Positions 9,884 through 19,886 of a DNA stretch of 64,000 nt are shown here, piece after piece. The notes under the pieces are model-generated. The model had not been told where the DNA came from, did not search any database, and saw nothing but the letters and a program-made list of their open reading frames with translations. Numbering within the stretch: the first letter of the stretch is position 1; every line of letters begins with the position of its first letter. This DNA comes from Vulcanimicrobiota bacterium (GTDB taxonomy: Bacteria; Vulcanimicrobiota; Vulcanimicrobiia; Eremiobacterales; Eremiobacteraceae), in NCBI GenBank assembly GCA_963812135.1, contig CAWETU010000001.1, positions 992,001-1,056,000 of the forward strand. Reading direction: 5' to 3'. The position numbers and the translations under genes were made by a program.

Positions 9884-10897
9884 GTGGAGTTGTTCGACAT
9901 CACCGTCATCGGCGGCGGCCCAAGCGGCCTGTTCGCCCTGTTCTACGCCGGCATGCGCGGCGCCAAAGCGAAGGTCATCGACGCGTTGCCCGAGCTCGGC
10001 GGCCAGCTCTACGCGTTGTATCCCGAGAAGTACATCTACGACATGCCGGGCATCCCGGCGATCCTCGGTCAGGCGTTGGTCGACGCCTGCGTGGAGCAAG
10101 CGTTCCAATGGCCGCACGCCAAGTGCTTGGAAGAGCGCGTCGTCCACATCGAGCGTCTAGCCGATAACACCATCAAGATCGTCACCGACAAGGCGGAACA
10201 TCTCAGCCGCAGCGTGATCCTCGCGTCGGGCATCGGCGCGTTCACGCCGCGCAAGTTGGCCGCGCCGACGGCCGCTGCGTTCGAGAACAAAGGCCTCTGG
10301 TACTATGCGCGCAGCTTCGACGATTTCGCGGGCAAACGCGTCGTCGTCGTCGGCGGCGGCGACTCCGCGGTCGACTATGCGCTCGCGCTGGCGCCCCGCG
10401 CTGCCGCGCTGTCCGTCGTGCACCGCTCGCCATTCCGCGCGCATCCCCACAGCGTCGAGCAGCTGCGCGCCACCAATGCGACGCTGTACCAGCCCGATCA
10501 CGAGATCAAGGAAGTTCACGGCGACAGTCTCGTGGCGGGCGTCACGATCCAACACACGAAGACGAAAGCCGAGATCGTGCTCGAATGCGACGCGGTGCTG
10601 TGCGCGCTCGGTTTCGTTTCGGACTTGGGCGAAGTCAAGAAATGGGGCATCGAACTGGAAGGCAACGGGATCAAAGTCGACACCGCCACGCAAGAGACCA
10701 GCGTGAAGGGCATCTACGCCGCGGGGGACGTCATCTCGCATCCCGGTAAGCTCAAACTCATCGCGTGCGGCACGTCCGAAGCGGCGATCGCGGTCAACCA
10801 GGCGATGAACTACATGGATCCGACGCAAAAAGTGCAGCCGGTACATTCGAGCAACCTGACGCTGCCGATCTCCGCCAAGGTCGGGGCGCAGCCCTGA
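9884..10897 (+). CDS. Ferredoxin-NADP+ reductase (TrxR-like, YumC type)
   Basis: GGGPSG, GGQLYALYPEKYIYD, GGGDSAVD and KLKLI; no CxxC. Confidence 0.88.
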   Translation: MELFDITVIGGGPSGLFALFYAGMRGAKAKVIDALPELGGQLYALYPEKYIYDMPGIPAILGQALVDACVEQAFQWPHAKCLEERVVHIERLADNTIKIVTDKAEHLSRSVILASGIGAFTPRKLAAPTAAAFENKGLWYYARSFDDFAGKRVVVVGGGDSAVDYALALAPRAAALSVVHRSPFRAHPHSVEQLRATNATLYQPDHEIKEVHGDSLVAGVTIQHTKTKAEIVLECDAVLCALGFVSDLGEVKKWGIELEGNGIKVDTATQETSVKGIYAAGDVISHPGKLKLIACGTSEAAIAVNQAMNYMDPTQKVQPVHSSNLTLPISAKVGAQP

Positions 10898-11514
10898 TCG
10901 CACTCATCGCAGCGCTGGCGATCCAGGGCGGGCCGCAACAAGGCATCTCCGCCATCCTGCACAAAATGGCGGCGGCGAACGCGTCTGTCCGCACGTACAA
11001 AGTTCACATCCACTTCGACGCCAAGGTGCGTTCGTTCGTCTCGTTGCCGCTGTCGCTCAATGCGGTGCTCTACTTCAAGCGTCCGGACAAGACGCAGATC
11101 GTCTTCGAATCGGTGCCGCAGCTGGCCAAGGGATTCCAAAACTTCTACGCGTCGACCGGCACTCCGGCGACGTGGCCGAAAACGTACATCGTCACGCTCG
11201 AACCGCTCGACCCGGGTCAGACGAACACGGTCACGCTGCGCTTGACGCCGCGCAACTCCAGCAACCTCGATCACGCGCTGATGACGGTGGACAGCACGAC
11301 CTGGGGGATCGTCATCCAGCAGTGGTACTACAAGGACGGTTCCACCATCAACGAGACGCAGTTCAACGAAGTGACGCCGGCCTACGTGCTGCCCGACCGC
11401 CAATTGGCGGACTTCGATTTTCCGAAATACAAAGCGCACGTCGAGGCCACATACGAACCGTACGAGATCAACGTGCCGATTCCGGACTCGATCTTCAAGA
11501 CGCCGCAACAATAA
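10894..11514 (+). CDS. Secreted LolA-like / lipoprotein-sorting fold protein (start uncertain, CTG proposed)
   Basis: YFKRPDK, LRLTP, VD..TW and NVPIPDSIF C-terminus typical of the LolA-like superfamily. Confidence 0.6.
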   Translation: MIALIAALAIQGGPQQGISAILHKMAAANASVRTYKVHIHFDAKVRSFVSLPLSLNAVLYFKRPDKTQIVFESVPQLAKGFQNFYASTGTPATWPKTYIVTLEPLDPGQTNTVTLRLTPRNSSNLDHALMTVDSTTWGIVIQQWYYKDGSTINETQFNEVTPAYVLPDRQLADFDFPKYKAHVEATYEPYEINVPIPDSIFKTPQQ

Positions 11515-11542
11515 GAAAGGCCGGCGCTCACCGCCGGCCTTT
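11515..11542. terminator. Probable bidirectional intrinsic terminator
   Basis: aaaggccggcg...cgccggccttt between convergent genes. Confidence 0.7.
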
Positions 11543-11566
11543 GCTCACGCTTGCGCGGACTAGCCT

Positions 11567-12340
11567 TTACGTGGTCGTCGCGGGCGGCGCCGCCGCTGCC
11601 GGGGTTCCGGTCAGCAGGTTGTACCAGCGCATGATCGCGAGGATATTGAAAGCACCTATCAATGCGCCCACTGCGATCTGCACGATCCATCCGAGCAACG
11701 GGATGAGGCCGAAGATGCCGCTGACCAGCCCGGCCACGAACCCGATGATGATAAGCGCGACGATGAGCATCGCGGTCGTCCCTAGGTTGGCCTTCGAGAG
11801 GTTGATCGACGCGCTGATCGAGCCTGTGGCGCTCTCATTACCTTGCATGATGTACGGAAGAGAGTACATGCAGAACAGAAGGACCAGAATCGGCACGATG
11901 ATCGTCCAACCCAAGAAAAGGAAGACGACGCCGAAGATGAGGCCGAGGATGATCAGCTGCGGAAGCTTGGCCATCGCTTTGCTGAAGCTGGCGCTGATAT
12001 CCGGGTCGCCACCCTGCCACACCGGTTCTGCCGCCGCATAGGCCCATGCATATCCGAACGTTCCAGCGACGACGGCCACGACTATTGCCACGAGGAACAA
12101 CAGGCCGAGACCGCTGAACAGCATCGCGAACAACCCGCCCGCCCGGTTGTCGCCGCTTGCCAACCCCGCCGCGCCGCCGGCCATCAACGAGCCGAACGCT
12201 ATCGCGCCGCAGATCCCCACGATGATCCCCGCGACGGCGAGCCCGACTAGGATCGGGAGAGCCAGCATCCAGTTCTTCCTCTGGAAGAGCAGCTGGAACG
12301 TCTTTTGGATTTCCGCGACCGCGTCGATTTGAACAGCCAT
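11567..12340 (-). CDS. Multi-pass membrane protein of unknown function
   Basis: AGGAGG RBS before ATG 12340; hydrophobic helices; similar to 8098-8871. Confidence 0.75.
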   Translation of the reverse strand: MAVQIDAVAEIQKTFQLLFQRKNWMLALPILVGLAVAGIIVGICGAIAFGSLMAGGAAGLASGDNRAGGLFAMLFSGLGLLFLVAIVVAVVAGTFGYAWAYAAAEPVWQGGDPDISASFSKAMAKLPQLIILGLIFGVVFLFLGWTIIVPILVLLFCMYSLPYIMQGNESATGSISASINLSKANLGTTAMLIVALIIIGFVAGLVSGIFGLIPLLGWIVQIAVGALIGAFNILAIMRWYNLLTGTPAAAAPPATTT

Positions 12341-12512
12341 TGCGCCTCCTAAAGCGATGCGACGAGAACCAGAACAAGACAAACTTCGTCATCGGAACAA
12401 AGCTTGGCTCATGCATACCCGGCGGTCGCTCGCTTCACCTCCGTTCGGCCGGGGCCGGGAATCCCTAGCCCTCCCGCAGAATGGAAACATTCCAACGCCC
12501 CGGAGTCACATT

Positions 12513-13301
12513 TTGACCGACCACCTGCAGCTTGGCGGCCGCGCCTTCGAGTCGCGCCTCATCGTCGGCACCGGCAAGTTCTCGAGCCCCGAAGTCATGG
12601 CGGACGCGCTTGCCGCGGCGCGCACGCAGCTTGTCACGGTCGCGTTGCGGCGGGTCGACTTGGATGCGCCCTCCAATCCCATCACCGACTTCATCGACCG
12701 CGAGCGCTACCTCATCATGCCGAACACGTCGGGCGCGACCGACGCGGCCGAAGCCGTGCGCCTTGCCAAGCTCGCGCGCTCGGCCGGACTGCCGCCGTGG
12801 ATCAAGGTGGAGGTCATCCCCGACCCCCGCTACCTCATGCCCGATCCGATCGAGACGCTCAAGGCGTGCGAGGCGCTGGTGGCCGACGGCTTCGTGGTGC
12901 TGCCGTACATCCACGCGGATCCGGTCCTCGCCAAGCGGCTCGAAGAGGTCGGCGTCGCCGCCGTGATGCCGCTCGCCGCTCCGATCGGCTCCGGCCGAGG
13001 CTTGAAGATGGAGACCGCAATCGCGATCATCATCGAGCAAGCGACGGTGCCGGTCGTCGTCGACGCCGGTTTGGGCGTGCCTTCGCATGCATCGGCTGCG
13101 ATGGAGATGGGCGCCGACGCCGTGCTCGTGAACACCGCGATCGCGGCTGCCGCCAATCCCGTGCGCATGGCGCGCGCGTTCGCGCTCGGCGTCGAGGCAG
13201 GACGCATGGCGTGGCTGGCTGGCCGGGCTGCTGAATTGTCGAGCGCGTCGGCATCGAGCCCGCTCACCGGATTCTTGGGCCCATCGGAGACCCGGCGATG
13301 A
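12513..13301 (+). CDS. thiG: Thiazole synthase
   Basis: [31 protein letters not shown] and VDAG.G.PS; TTG start after GGAG. Confidence 0.95.
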   Translation: MTDHLQLGGRAFESRLIVGTGKFSSPEVMADALAAARTQLVTVALRRVDLDAPSNPITDFIDRERYLIMPNTSGATDAAEAVRLAKLARSAGLPPWIKVEVIPDPRYLMPDPIETLKACEALVADGFVVLPYIHADPVLAKRLEEVGVAAVMPLAAPIGSGRGLKMETAIAIIIEQATVPVVVDAGLGVPSHASAAMEMGADAVLVNTAIAAAANPVRMARAFALGVEAGRMAWLAGRAAELSSASASSPLTGFLGPSETRR

Positions 13302-14431
13302 GATTCTCGCAATCGTTTTCGCCTGACTACACGCGCGAGCTGCTGCAACGCAGCGCGCGCGCCTCGCGCGACGCGGTACTCGCGGCCGCCGTCAGCGGCG
13401 CGCCGACGTTCGAAGACGCGGCCACGCTGTTATCGCCTGCGGCGGATGGGCTGCTCGAGGAGTTCGCGGCGTTGGCGCATCGCGCCACGGTCGCGCGTTT
13501 CGGGCGCACGATCGGGATGTTCGCCCCGCTGTATCTATCCAACGAATGCGTCTGCACGTGCACCTACTGCGGCTTTTCGATGGGCCTGCCCATCAAACGG
13601 CGCACGCTGCGCATCGACGAGGTCGCGCGCGAGGCTCGCACGCTCGCGGAGCGGGGCATCCGCAACATCTTGCTGGTCTCCGCGGAGCATCCCAAGCACG
13701 TCAACGCGGAGTACGTCGCGCTGTGCGTGCGCGAGACCAAACTGGTCGCGCCGTACGTGGCGCTCGAGATCGCCGCCGCCGAGGAGCCTGATTACGTGCG
13801 CTACGTCGCCGCCGGCTGCGACGGTGTCGTCCTCTATCAAGAGACGTACGATCCCGAATCCTACGCCGCGCATCACCTGGGTGGTCCGAAGAAGCACTAC
13901 GCGTCGCGCCTGGATGCGCCCGAGCGTGCGTCGCGCGCGGGGATGCGGCACCTCGGCATCGGCGCGTTGCTCGGCTTATCCGACTGGCGTTTCGAAGCCC
14001 TCGCGCTGCTCCAGCACGCGCGTTGGTTGGAACGTCACTGCTGGCGATCGCAGATCAACCTGTCGCTGCCGCGGATCAATCCGGCCGAGGGCGGCTACTC
14101 GCCCAAGCATCCGGTGAACGACCGCGATTTCGTCCACATCTTGACCTTCTTGCGGTTGGCGCTGCCAACGGCCGGCATCGCGCTCTCCACGCGAGAGCTG
14201 CCGGAGTTGCGCGACCAGCTCGTGCCGCTAGGCATCACGCTGATGAGCGCGGGCTCGAGCACCGAACCCGGCGGCTACGGCGAACCCGGCGCGGCCGGCG
14301 AGCAGTTCGAGCTTGAGGATCTGCGCACGCCTGCTCAAGTGGCGCAGCGCCTGCGCGAGCTCGGCTACGACCCCGTGTTCAAGGATTGGGAAGTCATGGC
14401 CGCTACGCAAGCAGGTGTGGCGGCACGCTGA
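13298..14431 (+). CDS. thiH: 2-iminoacetate synthase (radical SAM tyrosine lyase)
   Basis: [40 protein letters not shown] and PVFKDW. Confidence 0.93.
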   Translation: MRFSQSFSPDYTRELLQRSARASRDAVLAAAVSGAPTFEDAATLLSPAADGLLEEFAALAHRATVARFGRTIGMFAPLYLSNECVCTCTYCGFSMGLPIKRRTLRIDEVAREARTLAERGIRNILLVSAEHPKHVNAEYVALCVRETKLVAPYVALEIAAAEEPDYVRYVAAGCDGVVLYQETYDPESYAAHHLGGPKKHYASRLDAPERASRAGMRHLGIGALLGLSDWRFEALALLQHARWLERHCWRSQINLSLPRINPAEGGYSPKHPVNDRDFVHILTFLRLALPTAGIALSTRELPELRDQLVPLGITLMSAGSSTEPGGYGEPGAAGEQFELEDLRTPAQVAQRLRELGYDPVFKDWEVMAATQAGVAAR

Positions 14432-14637
14432 TGTCAGTCGCGTTTTCTGCCAACGGCAAAGCGCGCAGCGCCGCGCACGGCACGACGATCGCCGATCTGC
14501 TGGCGTGCGCCTCGCTCGAGCCGCTGCAGGTGTTCATCGAATACAACGGCGAGCCGTTGGAGCGCGATCGCTTCGCCTCAACCGTGATCGGCCCCGGCGA
14601 CAGGATTGAGATCGCGCAAATGGTCGGCGGCGGGTGA
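14431..14637 (+). CDS. thiS: Sulfur carrier protein
   Basis: NG...GDRIEI..VGGG C-terminus. Confidence 0.9.
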   Translation: MSVAFSANGKARSAAHGTTIADLLACASLEPLQVFIEYNGEPLERDRFASTVIGPGDRIEIAQMVGGG

Positions 14638-15293
14638 GCACGATCGCGCGAGCGCGCTGCGCCCAGGTGCGTCTCTATTTGATCATGGACGCGGTCACGC
14701 ACAGGTCGCCGGAGCGTTTTCTTGCGGCGGCGATCGCGGGCGGCGTCGACATGGTGCAGCTGCGCGAAAAGACTCTCGGGGATGGCGCGATTCTCTCGTA
14801 CGCGCAGCGCTGCGCAAGCGTGTGCCAGCAGCGTGGCGTGCCGTTCATCGTCAACGACCGCGCCGATATCGCGCTCGCGGCCTGCGCGGACGGCGTGCAC
14901 CTCGGTCAAGACGATATACCGGTTGGCGATGCGAAACTGCTGCTCGGCCCCGGTTCGATCGTCGGCATTTCGACACATGACGAGCGACAGATCGACGCGG
15001 CGCAGGACGCGGATTACTTGGGTGTCGGCCCCATTTTCGAAACGCCGACAAAACCGGGGCGTCCAGCAGTCGGCACCGATCTCGTGCGTTTCGCAGCCGC
15101 GAACGCGAAAGCGCCGTTTTTCCCGATCGGCGGGCTCGATCCATCGAACGTCGGCGATGTGATTCGCGCGGGTGCGCACGGCGTCTCGGCCCATCGATGG
15201 ATCATGCGAGCGGACGATCCGGCTCGTGCTGCACGCGAGATGATCGCGGCGATTGACGCGGCAAGCCCGCGTGCAGGCATCGGGGCCGAATGA
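14634..15293 (+). CDS. thiE: Thiamine-phosphate synthase
   Basis: VQLREK, VNDR, GVHLGQDD, GISTH and TPTK. Confidence 0.93.
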   Translation: MSTIARARCAQVRLYLIMDAVTHRSPERFLAAAIAGGVDMVQLREKTLGDGAILSYAQRCASVCQQRGVPFIVNDRADIALAACADGVHLGQDDIPVGDAKLLLGPGSIVGISTHDERQIDAAQDADYLGVGPIFETPTKPGRPAVGTDLVRFAAANAKAPFFPIGGLDPSNVGDVIRAGAHGVSAHRWIMRADDPARAAREMIAAIDAASPRAGIGAE

Positions 15294-15868
15294 AAAAGCT
15301 CGATCCCGAGCTCGACAAACGGCTGCCGCCCGGCCAGTACTTCGTGCGGGACTTCCCGGTCTTGCACGTCGGCTCAGCGCCGGCGTTCGATCCGCAGAAG
15401 TGGCGCTTTCGGATTTTCGGCGAGGTCGATCATCCCGCAGAGCTGACGTGGGCGCAGTTCATCGCGTTGCCTACGAAAACCGTGAAGACCGATATCCATT
15501 GCGTGACGCGCTGGACGAAATTCGACACGACGTGGCGCGGCGTGCCGTTCGCCGAGATCGCGAAGATGGCGGGCCTGCACCCGAGCGTCAAGTTCGTCGT
15601 CACCCACGGCGCCAACGCATACACCGCCAACGTGCCGCTCTCCATCGCGCTAGCCGACGACGTGCTGTTCGCTTACGAATACGAGGGCAAACCGCTCGAA
15701 CCGATCCACGGCGGACCAATGCGCATGTTCGTGCCGTCGCGCTATTTTTGGAAAAGCTCGAAGTGGTGCAACGGCGTCGAGTTCACCAACGACGATAAGC
15801 CCGGGTTTTGGGAAACCCGTGGCTACAACAACGACGCCGATCCTTGGAAAGAGGAGCGGTACTGGTGA
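15290..15868 (+). CDS. Sulfite oxidase-like molybdopterin-binding oxidoreductase (YuiH/MsrP-like)
   Basis: RLPPGQ, DIHCVT, HGGP.R, YFWKS.KW and GFWE.RGY. Confidence 0.9.
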   Translation: MKKLDPELDKRLPPGQYFVRDFPVLHVGSAPAFDPQKWRFRIFGEVDHPAELTWAQFIALPTKTVKTDIHCVTRWTKFDTTWRGVPFAEIAKMAGLHPSVKFVVTHGANAYTANVPLSIALADDVLFAYEYEGKPLEPIHGGPMRMFVPSRYFWKSSKWCNGVEFTNDDKPGFWETRGYNNDADPWKEERYW

Positions 15869-16066
15869 CTACGGCGGGGTTGTGCCCGATTCGTCCCAGG
15901 GGTGCGTTGCCGGCTCGCGCTCGGCGACGGTAAAGCCAGCCGCGCGAGCGTTGGGTTCGCATCGGTCGCAGACCTTGACGGTCTCGACCTTGCGCTGCTC
16001 GTAGCGGTGGGCAAAAAAATGGCTGCCAATATCCTTTTGGCTGCCGCAAAAGGCGCATCTGGACAT
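15869..16066 (-). CDS. Small putative zinc-binding protein (65 aa)
   Basis: MSRCAFC...VCDRC, two CxxC pairs; fills the intergenic gap. Confidence 0.55.
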   Translation of the reverse strand: MSRCAFCGSQKDIGSHFFAHRYEQRKVETVKVCDRCEPNARAAGFTVAEREPATHPWDESGTTPP

Positions 16067-16116
16067 TCTGCACGTATGACCGGATTTTCGCCCGAACGTT
16101 ACAAAGAAAGCAGGCC

Positions 16117-17064
16117 ATGCGAGCCGGTCTTTCGACATTGGCCATCGCGATCGTCGCGTCTGCCGCCGCCACGTTCTTCTATCTGCGGCCATTCGACCCG
16201 CTCGTCCATCATTGGGCGTTCGCGGTCATCGCCGCGGCGGCCGGCATCGTGCTGCTCGCGCAGGCGATCGCCGGCGTCCGCGCCGGGGAAGCCACCACGC
16301 GTTTCGCGGTGCTCGCCGGTTTAGGAGGAGCGCTGCTGTGCGCGACGATGGTGCTCGCCGCCTTCGCAGCCGGCTCACCCCACGCGCTGACGGGATCGCC
16401 CGGCCAGGTCACGCCGGCCCGCCAAGGTTCATCGGTCGCCGTTCGCTTCCCGGATCTGACGCCAGAGCAGCTGCGCGCCGGCATCGCGCCGGACAGCGTC
16501 GATGTCCTTGCGGGCAGCGCTGTCGAGACGCTGCACGTCGGCGACACCGTACGGGTCGGCCAGTACGTGTTGAACGCGGCGCAGGGACCGGTCGCGCTCG
16601 TTCGCGCGACCACGCCCGACGGCCGGCCGGTGACCATCACGCAGCCGCAAGCCGCGACATTCGTGTCGCCGTATCTCTTCTTTCCCGGCATACACGGCGA
16701 CCAGCGCTTCGATTTTTTCGCGGTTCCGCCGCTGCACCGCTCGGTGACGGTCGCCTACTATCCGTTCTACCGCGATGAGACCAAAGGCATCGTCATCAAC
16801 ACGCCGTTCGTGCTCGTGCAGATCGCCGAAGAGAACGGCAACGAGCTTTTCCGCGGCGCCACCATCAGCGGCCGACCGATCCGCAAAGCCGGCGTCGTGC
16901 TGACGTTCACGCTTGGCCGCTATCCGGTCATCACGCTGTCTTCGGCGCCGGCGCGATTCCCGTTCGCGCTCGGCTTGCTGATGGTGGCCGCGGGACTCGT
17001 CGGGTACGCCGTCGCGGTTGCGCGCGGCGGCATGACGGAAGGACGCACCGCCGCAGCCAAGTGA
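16117..17064 (+). CDS. Membrane protein with extracytoplasmic beta-rich domain, unknown function
   Basis: Three N-terminal TM segments, soluble middle, C-terminal TM. Confidence 0.65.
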   Translation: MRAGLSTLAIAIVASAAATFFYLRPFDPLVHHWAFAVIAAAAGIVLLAQAIAGVRAGEATTRFAVLAGLGGALLCATMVLAAFAAGSPHALTGSPGQVTPARQGSSVAVRFPDLTPEQLRAGIAPDSVDVLAGSAVETLHVGDTVRVGQYVLNAAQGPVALVRATTPDGRPVTITQPQAATFVSPYLFFPGIHGDQRFDFFAVPPLHRSVTVAYYPFYRDETKGIVINTPFVLVQIAEENGNELFRGATISGRPIRKAGVVLTFTLGRYPVITLSSAPARFPFALGLLMVAAGLVGYAVAVARGGMTEGRTAAAK

Positions 17065-17071
17065 GGCGGGC

Positions 17072-18658
17072 ATGAAGCGCCACGCGATCGCGATCGCAGC
17101 CGGCGCGCTCGCCGCTTTCGCGCCGTTGCACATCGGGGCGAGCTCGCTGGAGGATCCGCCGCCGGGTCTGCGTCCGCCCGAGACGACGCTGCCGGCGGTG
17201 CTGGAGCATTACAACGCCGCGGAGGGTTCGCGCCAATTCCATACGCGCGTCGAGCAGTGGCGCGTCAGCGAAGGCGGATTAAGCGGTACGCTTGTCACGA
17301 CGACGTCGGGTGCGGACTATCGCAGCGTGTTGACGCTCGGCCCGTTCACGACGATGACCGGCCGCTGGCACGGCCAAAGCTGGCGCCAAGACGAGAACGG
17401 ACTGACGGTGCTGCGCCAAGACATCCACCAGAAGTCGGCGATCAGCGAGCAGGCGATCAACTTCGCGCTCGACCACCCGCAAGCGCCCGGTCCCGGCGTC
17501 AAGCTGCTCGGCGAGGCGGTCTCGCCGCTCAAGGCGCACGTCATCCAAGTGCACCCTGACGGCGGCCGGCTCGTGTGGCTGTTCTTCGATGCGGCGACGG
17601 GCCTGATCGATCGAGAAGAAGACGTCATCGCCGAACGGCGCTCGGTCACGCAGTACGACGATTTCCGTCCGGTCGACGGCGAGATGCACGCGTGGCATCA
17701 TCACATCAGCGATGGACGGCCCAACAACGACGAGGATTGGACGTTGACGTCGCTGCGCAACGATGTGCCCATCGCGCAAAACGATCTGGAGATCCCAGCG
17801 GATCGCCGGACGTTGGTCCAGTTCCCCACTGGCGCGACCCAAGTCCGGTTGCCGGCGCGCATCGTGAACGGCAACGTCATCGTGCGCCTGACCATCGCGG
17901 GCCGCGGCTTGGATTTTCTGCTCGATTCGGGCGCAGGCGACATCGCGTTTGATTCCGGCCTAGCCGATTCGCTGCACCTTCAGATGCACGGCAAGCAGAC
18001 GCAGGAGATCGCCGGCCAGTTCGACCGCTCGCGCGCCATCGTGCCGGAGATCCGGATCGGCGACCTTGCGCTGCATGACGTCGTCGTCTCGACGGTCGCT
18101 TTCCAATCCCAGCCTGTCGAGGACACGAAGATCGTCGGACTGCTCGGCTTTGATTTCTTCAAGAACGCGGTGGTGCGCATCGACTACGAGCACGGCACGG
18201 TGGACGCGTTCGCGCCTGGGTCGTTCGCGCCGCCCCAAGCGGCGGCCGTGCTGCCGCTCGCGCTCGATGACGGCGTGCCGCTCGTCAGCGCGACGGTCGG
18301 CGCCGATCGCGGCGATCATTTCATCCTCGACACCGGATCGGCGTTCACCATCATCTTCTCGGGATTCGCCGCGGACCACCCGCAGGCGGTGGCCGAGCAA
18401 AGCGGATTGCCGGGCCAAGGCGGCCCGACGCTGGCACGCGGCGTCGGCGGGCAAGTCGTGCTCGTGCCGGCCGAGCTCAAAACGTTTGGGTTCGCCGGGG
18501 CGGAATTCGACCATCTCCAAGTGTATGTCACCCGGGCGGCCCGGGCGTTGGAGCGCGAAGACGAGGACGGCTTGATCGGCGCGCCGACACTCGAGCGTTT
18601 CGTGGTCTACTTGGACTACCCGCACCAACGCGCCGAGCTGTTGCGCAACGGTTCGTAA
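17072..18658 (+). CDS. Secreted double-domain retropepsin-like aspartyl protease
   Basis: Signal peptide; FLLDSGA...GLLG and FILDTGS...GLIG motifs. Confidence 0.85.
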   Translation: MKRHAIAIAAGALAAFAPLHIGASSLEDPPPGLRPPETTLPAVLEHYNAAEGSRQFHTRVEQWRVSEGGLSGTLVTTTSGADYRSVLTLGPFTTMTGRWHGQSWRQDENGLTVLRQDIHQKSAISEQAINFALDHPQAPGPGVKLLGEAVSPLKAHVIQVHPDGGRLVWLFFDAATGLIDREEDVIAERRSVTQYDDFRPVDGEMHAWHHHISDGRPNNDEDWTLTSLRNDVPIAQNDLEIPADRRTLVQFPTGATQVRLPARIVNGNVIVRLTIAGRGLDFLLDSGAGDIAFDSGLADSLHLQMHGKQTQEIAGQFDRSRAIVPEIRIGDLALHDVVVSTVAFQSQPVEDTKIVGLLGFDFFKNAVVRIDYEHGTVDAFAPGSFAPPQAAAVLPLALDDGVPLVSATVGADRGDHFILDTGSAFTIIFSGFAADHPQAVAEQSGLPGQGGPTLARGVGGQVVLVPAELKTFGFAGAEFDHLQVYVTRAARALEREDEDGLIGAPTLERFVVYLDYPHQRAELLRNGS

Positions 18659-18692
18659 GTCTAAGAGAGCGATTCGGTTGAAGGAGGTTCGG

Positions 18693-19886
18693 ATGCCCGC
18701 TCGCACCCTCGTGCGCGCCAAACTGCTTCTCACGGGTACGGGCGGCAAAGGCATCGCCGGCGGCGCCGTGCTCGTCGAGGACGGCCGGATCAAGGCGGCC
18801 GGCGCGCGCGCCGCGATCGAACGCCTTGCGAAAAAGGCGGACGTGATCGACGCGAGCCGTTTCACGGTGATGCCGGGCATGATCAACCTGCACGCGCACC
18901 TGGACTCGGAATGCGGGCCGGATTTCCTGACCAGCGCGCTGCTCATCAGCGAGGCCAATGCGGTCATGACGTGCGTGGACAGCGCGCGCCGCACGCTGCT
19001 CGGCGGCGTGACGACAGTGCGCGATCTCGGCACGAAATACGCCGCGGCGATCGCGGTGCGCGACGCGGTCAACAAAGGCTGGGTCGCGGGACCGCGGATC
19101 CTCAGCGCCGGCAAGCTCGTCTGCATGACGGGCGGACACGGCTGGTTCATCGGCCACGAGACCGATGGTCCCGACGAGATGCGCAAGACGATCCGCCAAA
19201 ACCTCAAGCGTGGCGCCGATTGCATCAAAGTGATCGCGACCGGCGGCGTGCTCTCGCCGGGGGTCGAGGTCGGCAGCTCGCAGCTCGATCCTGATGAGTT
19301 GGCGGCGGCCGTCAAAGAAGCGCACAAGGCTGACCGGCGCGTGGCCGCGCACGCGATCGGCAATGAAGGCATCAAGAACGCGCTGCGCGCCGGCGTCGAC
19401 ACCATCGAACACGGCTGCTACCTGGATGACGAAGCGATCAAGCTGTTCAAGAAGACCGGTGCGACCTTCGTGCCGACGTTGTGTGCACCGCACTTCCTGC
19501 ATGAGCACCTAGACGAGGTGCCTGCGTACGCGCGGCGCAAGACCGAACAGGTCTACGATGCGCATCGCTCCAGTTTCAAACGCGCGCTGCGCGCCGGCGT
19601 GACGATCGCGGCGGGCACGGACGCGGGCACGCCGTTCAATCGGCACGAGCTGTTCGCCACCGAGCTCGCGTTGATGACGGCCCTTGGGATGGAGCCGGAA
19701 CAGGCGCTGCATGCGGCCACCGCCGGCGCGGCTCGCGCAGCCGGGTTGGAGAACGAGACCGGCTCGCTGACCGAAGGCAAGTCCGCAGATCTTATCCTCG
19801 TCGACGGCGATCCGCGTAAGGACATCAAGGCGACAGCGCGCGTCGCGGGTCTCATGGTGCGCGGCGCCTGGCTCGCGACCTCGTGA
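18693..19886 (+). CDS. Metal-dependent amidohydrolase (prolidase-like)
   Basis: MPGMINLHAH, GVTTVRDLG, IEHG and AGTDAG; AGGAGG RBS. Confidence 0.9.
   Translation: MPARTLVRAKLLLTGTGGKGIAGGAVLVEDGRIKAAGARAAIERLAKKADVIDASRFTVMPGMINLHAHLDSECGPDFLTSALLISEANAVMTCVDSARRTLLGGVTTVRDLGTKYAAAIAVRDAVNKGWVAGPRILSAGKLVCMTGGHGWFIGHETDGPDEMRKTIRQNLKRGADCIKVIATGGVLSPGVEVGSSQLDPDELAAAVKEAHKADRRVAAHAIGNEGIKNALRAGVDTIEHGCYLDDEAIKLFKKTGATFVPTLCAPHFLHEHLDEVPAYARRKTEQVYDAHRSSFKRALRAGVTIAAGTDAGTPFNRHELFATELALMTALGMEPEQALHAATAGAARAAGLENETGSLTEGKSADLILVDGDPRKDIKATARVAGLMVRGAWLATS

Noticed and set aside
12357..12512. TPP riboswitch upstream of thiG
   Set aside because: The conserved TPP motifs are not found on either strand by eye.
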